Below, one piece after another: positions 57,951 to 64,000 of a DNA stretch of 64,000 nucleotides. Numbering within the stretch: the stretch's first letter is position 1; each line of letters starts with the position of its first letter. Under the pieces are notes generated by a model, which was not told the DNA's origin, searched no databases, and saw only the letters and a program-made list of their open reading frames with translations. The stretch covers positions 20,150,001 to 20,214,000 of the forward strand of contig OZ024749.1 of NCBI GenBank assembly GCA_964016885.1, written 5' to 3'. Source of the stretch: Eledone cirrhosa (Eukaryota). The position numbers and the translations under genes are program-made.

Positions 57951-58425
57951 TTAGAGAGAGAAGAGAGGAGGGGCTGTATGGAGGAGGGAGAGGGGAGGGA
58001 GGAGAAGGGCTGTATAGGGGAGTGAGAGAGAGGAGGAAGGGGAAGGGTTGTGTAGGGGAGTGAGAGAGGGGAGGAAGGGGAAGGGCTGTATAGGGGGAGA
58101 AAGGGGAAGGGTTATGTAGGGGCGTGAGAGAGGGGAGGAAGGGGAAGGATTGTATAGGGGAGTGAGAGAGGGAAGGAAGGGGAAGGGCTGTATAGAGGAG
58201 TGAGAGAGGGAGGAAGGGGAAGGGCTGCATAGAGGAGTGAGAGAGGGAGGAAGTGGAAGGGCTGTATAGGGGAGTGAGAGAGGTGAGGAAGGGGAAGGGC
58301 TGTATAGGGGAGTGAGAGAGGGAAGGAAGGGGAAGGGCTTATAGGGGAGTGAAAGAGGGGAGGTAAGAGAAGGGCTGTATAGGGAGTGAGAGAGGGGATG
58401 GGGTTGTATAGAGGAGTGAGAAAGA
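57951..58425. repeat. Purine-rich ~39-bp minisatellite
   Basis: Unit like GTATAGGGGAGTGAGAGAGGGGAGGAAGGGGAAGGGCT. Confidence 0.9.
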
Positions 58426-58494
58426 CAAGGATGTTGGTTGAGGGAGTATGTTGCTACTGCCCTTAGTTTACCTTCCTACGGCGCTGTGGGGCTG

Positions 58495-58582
58495 TAGGCT
58501 TGAAACATCCACTCCCACACCATACATATCTCTCAAATTTCTTGGCTGCTTGTTGAAGAGTTGAGGGCCTTTGAACCCCAGG
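58495..58582 (-). mobile_element. CR1/Jockey-group LINE C-terminal fragment
   Basis: LGFKGPQLFNKQPRNLRDMYGVGVDV resembles the GPxLFNxLP C-terminal motif. Confidence 0.5.
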
Positions 58583-58616
58583 ATATTATATATATCATGC
58601 CATGTATGAATTATCT

Positions 58617-58688
58617 GTATTCTGAGGATTTGATCAGAGGTAAATAATGTAATGGAGATCAAGTGACGCAACTTCGAATTGTTAATAC
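58617..58688 (+). ncRNA. Degenerate hammerhead-like motif
   Basis: GTATT-CTGAGGA-TTTGATC...GATCAAG-t-GACG(for GAAA)-CAACTTCGAATTG-TT-AATAC. Confidence 0.35.
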
Positions 58689-58838
58689 CTGAAATAAAGC
58701 CCCTTGTTGTACAGCCAACCATGTTATTCTTCATTCTTTCACTATATATATATATATTCCCCACCCCACCTCTCAAGAGCATGAAACTAATAAACCTTTG
58801 TTTGTACTGCCTCTCTGTTTTCATTCCCGTTCCAGTTT

Positions 58839-58879
<41 letters not shown>

Positions 58880-58882
<3 letters not shown>

Positions 58883-59100
58883 GTAAGGCCAACTGAATAC
58901 ACACGTGTATCTTTTTTCTCATTTTCCCTGACCCTTCCCCTCATCCCTCTTTACTTTCTATTTATCTTCTATTTCTAACTCTATCTTCTGATGAAGGACT
59001 AGTGTCCGAAACATTAAGACTCTCTTCCTGCTATTTCAAGTGTTAAATTAATATATTTCTTCCATGTACTGTGCCGTTTGTTTTGTTATTACTTTTACAT
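58880..59100 (+). mobile_element. Family B PLE-type 3' end with minimal hammerhead (58984-59019)
   Basis: TCTT-CTGATGA-a-GGACtagtGTCC-GAAA-CA-TT-AAGA (CG>CA change in stem III relative to 57304). Confidence 0.7.
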
Positions 59101-60054
59101 ACACACATATCTACACTTTCTTATTGTCTTATATTGCAGGTTTTTAAACATCAACATTTGGATTACTTTGAAGAAGTAGATGTGGAAACTGCTGTACCTG
59201 ACAGAAACCAAGATGATGAGGGTTGAAAAAGAAGACCAGAGAAATGATGCTGGCCCCAGCAGGGGTCACAAGGTGTGAGGGTTGCAGTAGATCAGAGAAA
59301 GTGTTGAGTGTAACAAACAGAAAGATGAGGGTTGTAGAATGCTAAAGTTACACTCTCCACACAGTGAACCTTTCTTGATACAAAGCCACATTGTGTGAGC
59401 CTGGGACTGGGTGGTGCCACTATGTGGAGGGACAAGGGTGGATCCTCAATTCATGCGTTGGATGCCACGAGGGCTGGGTGTTTCAATCATGACCTTGTTT
59501 ATTATGAATATTATTTTCCAGTTATTGATATTTGGCTTGTGGGTGTGTGTAGTTGATGCGGTTAGGTTTCCAAGATGGCGTTCTCCTTTTTCATTGGACT
59601 GTGCTATAGTAAATAGTAGGGGAGGGCAGGTGGGGAAAATGTTTTATAAGAGATCAGGACAGTAAGTTTATTAAAGGGACATTTTAAAAAACATTGGAAT
59701 AAGAGATCAGGATCCTAAGTTTGTTAAAAGGATATTTAAAACAAATTTGAAATAGAAAATTTGCCTCATCAAGGTGCTGCTAAATTAAAAAATGATTCAT
59801 ATATTTATTGTTGTTATTATTGTTTTCCCCTTATATCAGCAAACAGAAACCCTTCGATAATATATTGGCTGTTATCTCAGAGTTTCAGGAGAGAAGATGA
59901 TATAATTATTATTCTTTTGTTTGTTTCTTAATTAAACCACAGGTGTAATGTGTATTGGGAGCACGTGACTATGTATTGGAAGCAGGTGTGTGAGTAGGGA
60001 GCGTTAACCAATGTTCACATTCCTGAGAAATGGTGATGACAATTCCCTTAAATC

Positions 60055-60250
60055 TCTGTGGTAAGGGTAGAAGGCTCGTGACTGATGTTATGAGTTTGAT
60101 TCCTGAAACAAGTAATGTGTTGTATCCTTGAGCAAGACATTTTACTTTTATGATGCTCATAATTCACTCAGCTGTAAAATATAGAGGGCTGCAACAACAA
60201 TGATGCCAATTTGTATCAGCTTTTGATTTTCCCTTGGACAATATTGGTTC
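60055..60250 (+). mobile_element. Degenerate tRNA-derived SINE
   Basis: GAGTTTGATTCC, TATCCTTGAGCAAGACA, CACTCAGCTGTA, TTTCCCTTGGACA. Confidence 0.65.
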
Positions 60251-60371
60251 TGTGGAGAGAGCTAAGTCAAGCTGAGCTAGATAGAACTGTGTTAATCCAA
60301 TCATGGATCAGATCAGATAATAAGGCAGTCTGGGAGTGTTGACTAATAATACAGACATCAGATCAGATCCC

Positions 60372-61342
60372 AAAGGATTAGGAATGAGGCAAATAAAATC
60401 AACTAATGGTATGATATCAATAAATACCAGAATGTTATGTTCGTCAATACAACCTCTTGAGTGAACTAGCTTACAGATTTAAAAGGACCCTAAACAAGCT
60501 CAAAATAAATATTAAGATAGTTGAAAGACCAGGTATTCCCATAAAAAGCCTAATTAGTAAAACATATCCATGTCAAAGATCCTCCTGTACTGATACGAAG
60601 TACATAGTCTGCAAGCTAAGCCTGCAAATTAACTGCAAAACTAGGAACATAGTATATAGCATAAGATGTACTGAGGGACAGTGTAGGAATAAGAATATAA
60701 CATACATAGGTGAATCAGTCCGTAGCATTGGAGAAAGGATAAGTGAACATTGGCGAGAACTACAGGATGGGAAAAACTCATCAGTACTCCACCAACATGC
60801 CAAAATAGAACATAGGACCACATTAGAGAACATAAGAGATAAAAATTATATCCACACACAGAAGAGATGCAATGCTCAGGCAAATCACAGAGGCGACAAA
60901 TATAAACAAACTCCAACCAAAATTAAACAGAAAACATGAGTGAAATAGCAACGTCCCAACTAGTAGTTAAGGACAAAATGAAGATATACAGACACACAGA
61001 TAGAACAAACAACCAACTAGTAAATAAACACATAAATAAAACACACACACATACCCGGATGTAATGCATGCGCAAACTAAGCACACAAAAACAAGAGGGT
61101 GTAGGACAGAACAAAGGAGAGACACACAAAATAAAAACCTAGTCACTGAGGAGGTCACAGAATGTGTGACGAAAGAGCTTTGACGATATATAAACAACCT
61201 TTCAGTAATCGAACCAACCAGCCGGAAATTTATAATAATTTGAAGTGAAAACCAACAGGTGCATGTGTTTTTATTGGTATAACAATATCTGTTTCAACAC
61301 ACGTTTTCAGAGAAATCTTGCAAAAAAAATAAAAAAATGAAG
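60372..61342 (+). mobile_element. Diverged third copy of the Nematis-like PLE 3' part (GIY-YIG, pLTR, tail)
   Basis: NCKTRNIVYSIRC...YIGESVRSIGERISEH; hammerhead 61142-61184 (GTCA-CTGAGGA...GAAAGAGCTT-TGAC); stops and frameshifts. Confidence 0.88.
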
Positions 61343-61532
61343 TATATATATAAATATATATATATGTATATTTGTGTATGTATATATATATATATATAAT
61401 GTATGTATGAGTGTGTATGTATATGTATGTATGTATGTGTATGTATATACATATGTGTGTATATATATGCATATATATATATTATATATATATGTGTGTG
61501 TATATATATAATATATGTATATATATATATAT

Positions 61533-61585
<53 letters not shown>

Positions 61586-61984
61586 GTATGTATGTGTATG
61601 TATGTATATACATGTGTGTGTATATATATGCATATATATATATATTATATATATATATGTATGTATATTTATTATAAGAACAGATTAAAGTTTAAGTAAA
61701 GAATCGCTGCTTTCACCCTTAACGGGATCTTCTGAAACTAAAATCAATCTGTGGACGCAAAAGTAATCATTTCGAAAAACGTTACAACCGAAGGAAAACA
61801 GGAAAACGATACTTTGGTTCGTGAAGACGTTCCCTGGCAATGAACGGGGAAAAAAGCGAGGATAATTACGTCGTTAGAACAATTTCTTGCAAAGACAAAA
61901 CCACGTTTATGGTATAAAAGGAGTCGTTAGACTAATATTCTATTTAGAATAACCGAATGATTTCCAGCTCCAGAGTTTAAGAAT

Positions 61985-62092
61985 AATTGTTTCTACTTTT
62001 GGCACAAAGCCAGCAATAACCAGTGCATTACTGGTACTTTATTTTATCGACCCCGGAAGGATGAAAGGCAAAGTTAACCTCGGCAGCATTTA
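61985..62092 (-). mobile_element. SINE fragment (same family as 48067-48572)
   Basis: CTGGTACTTTATTTTATCGACCCCGGAAGGATGAAAGGCAAAGTTAACCTCGGC. Confidence 0.7.
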
Positions 62093-62367
62093 AGAATAAT
62101 GCTAATAAAGTTGTTAAACGAAAATGACAGAGGTTATTAATAATAGTAAAAGTAAATAAAGATGAGAACATTAAAGTATAGTTTAGATTTAGACCTGTGC
62201 ATAAGTATACACCAACGCATACATACATATACAAACGCACACACAAATATATATATATATATATATACATACATATACACATACATACACGTATACACAC
62301 ACCATATATATATACACGTACACACACATACGCATATACACGCGCACACCCACATATACACACACAT

Positions 62368-62500
62368 ACGATAGGACGGCCGGGATTATTTTGTTTGTGT
62401 ATTTTGGGGAGGAAGTAGATGGTGGGTGTGCAAGGAGTGCGTACAATAAGGTTGGTGACTGAGAGGAGGAGATGAGCTGGTGGATGGTGAAGTGGGTAGC
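62368..62500 (-). pseudogene. PLE RT N-terminal fragment (Neptune/Poseidon-type)
   Basis: PCTPTIYFLPKIHKQNNPGRPIV matches the conserved YxLPKIHK...PGRPI motif. Confidence 0.8.
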
Positions 62501-62840
62501 AAACAACTCTTCGAAAACATATATAGGTTCTACTTCGAACAACTTCAAGACGAGATACAACTCGCACCTCCACTCTTTCAAAAAACACAATCTAGCTAGC
62601 TCCACTTCTTTATCTAGCTACATACACTCTCTGAAAACTAGGAATAGACCATTTGCACTGCAATTGGAAGTAGTTGGTAGGGCCTCATCGTATAAACCAC
62701 CGAATAAATTGTGTAATCTCTGCCTTCTGGAGACCCATACTATAATCTTTTCGAAACTAGACCTCCTTAATAGAAAGTCAGAGATATTTTCCTCGTGCCA
62801 ACACCGGTACCGACACTCGTTCCATAACTTTAAACCTAGC
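62501..62840 (+). pseudogene. PLE GIY-YIG endonuclease C-terminal part (Hydra-clade-like)
   Basis: YIGSTSNNFKTRYNSH...LSSYIHSLK...LCNLCLLE...LLNRKSE...CQH. Confidence 0.8.
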
Positions 62841-64000
62841 TGTTACAACAATGTCAGATTTGAATTTCCCACCACCATTAACACTACACATCTAGGACTT
62901 AGCAGCACCCACAACCACAAACCCCTCGACCAACTCTTTCCGCTACACAACTCCTATTCATCTATAACCTTATGCTCTGCAATAACAGTTAGAATTAGAC
63001 ATAGAGTTACCACCTTGTGATATAACTACAATAGATTACTTATATCATATACAGTAATGGATATTTGGCACTTGGTGTGTAGAGACATTTAATGTAATAT
63101 GTGATAATAAACTATATGTGCATTTATAATTGTATAATTAAATGCTTAAATTACACAACATAATAATAATAAAGTATATAATTAAATATAAAATGTAATA
63201 GCATTGTATATTAGGGATTATATTATTACACATATAGCATATCTATTATGACATATTAACAACTGTATAATCCTTCATAACATATACCTTGTCCAGTAAT
63301 GAATAGATAACAATCTTATGAAACCTCTAATGTATGATAGTAGAATACATTGTATTTAAAATCAAGCATAAATATACAGGGTTATGTAACAGAGATCCAA
63401 TGGTATCACATTATATTGTGTATTAGAACAAAGAATTTTAATAACTGAATTGAACTTAATTAGCTAGTTACCTCACCTTACGCATTAGCTCCCCTTATTC
63501 ACTTCCGGATATTAACGATTGAAAATTTAACGGTTGAATATGAATTCATTAAGACTAATTTACAATCCATTGCTCTAACTAACTTAAAACATTCAATATA
63601 AACATTAACTAAAGTTTAATTCAACATATGTCATGGAAAAGTCTGCAAAAACTATGTTTCTCAACACATTAATTCAAACACCATCAACATCCACCATAGA
63701 CTCTAATACATTAACATATTTGCTTTAACTGCAGTATTTATTCATCTATATATGCATAATAGCTTTGCTTGTCTCCTTCTCATGTATATGACTTACGCAG
63801 TCACACTATCCACACACCTGCATATGAATTGTTATTGCACTCTTCCTTTCTCAAAACTACTTCCTCAATGCCTCTTTAATATTTGGACTATTCCCTTGTT
63901 TTAACTGTTGTATGTATTCCACTCCGTGCTTTTGATTTTAATTTAATTTTAATTTTAATTTGAACTTGAATGTTTGTACAATTATTGTACAATATCGTAA

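Noticed and set aside
61690-61975. CpG-richer unique stretch as a promoter or exon
   Set aside because: No ORF, splice pair or motif cluster that can be supported by eye.

Overview
AT-rich, microsatellite-dense animal genomic DNA. The SINE, RTE and Penelope families and the (TA)n/(TG)n density suggest a coleoid cephalopod, probably Octopus; this is an inference. No intact host gene is evident. About half the window (15739-47150) is a tandem satellite of CTGTATCAGTAAC(TA)nCA, interrupted by a 200-N gap. The flanks contain three Nematis-like Penelope-like element (PLE) insertions (two of them inverted), other PLE fragments, RTE and CR1-like LINE pieces, tRNA-derived SINEs and a Helitron-like relic. 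Three things stand out. (i) About 16 hammerhead-ribozyme motifs from several unrelated families, many in short non-coding fold-back insertions into (TA)n in which only one arm carries a 3' tail; one ~260-nt family appears to have a fixed 5' end. (ii) A 3.56-kb (TA)n-inserted element (9594-13153) with a terminal hairpin, 13-bp subterminal inverted repeats, a spliced SGNH-hydrolase pseudogene and orphan ORFs sharing upstream motifs. (iii) Single copies of the satellite core sit at nearby element junctions. All calls were made by eye; no database searches were run.
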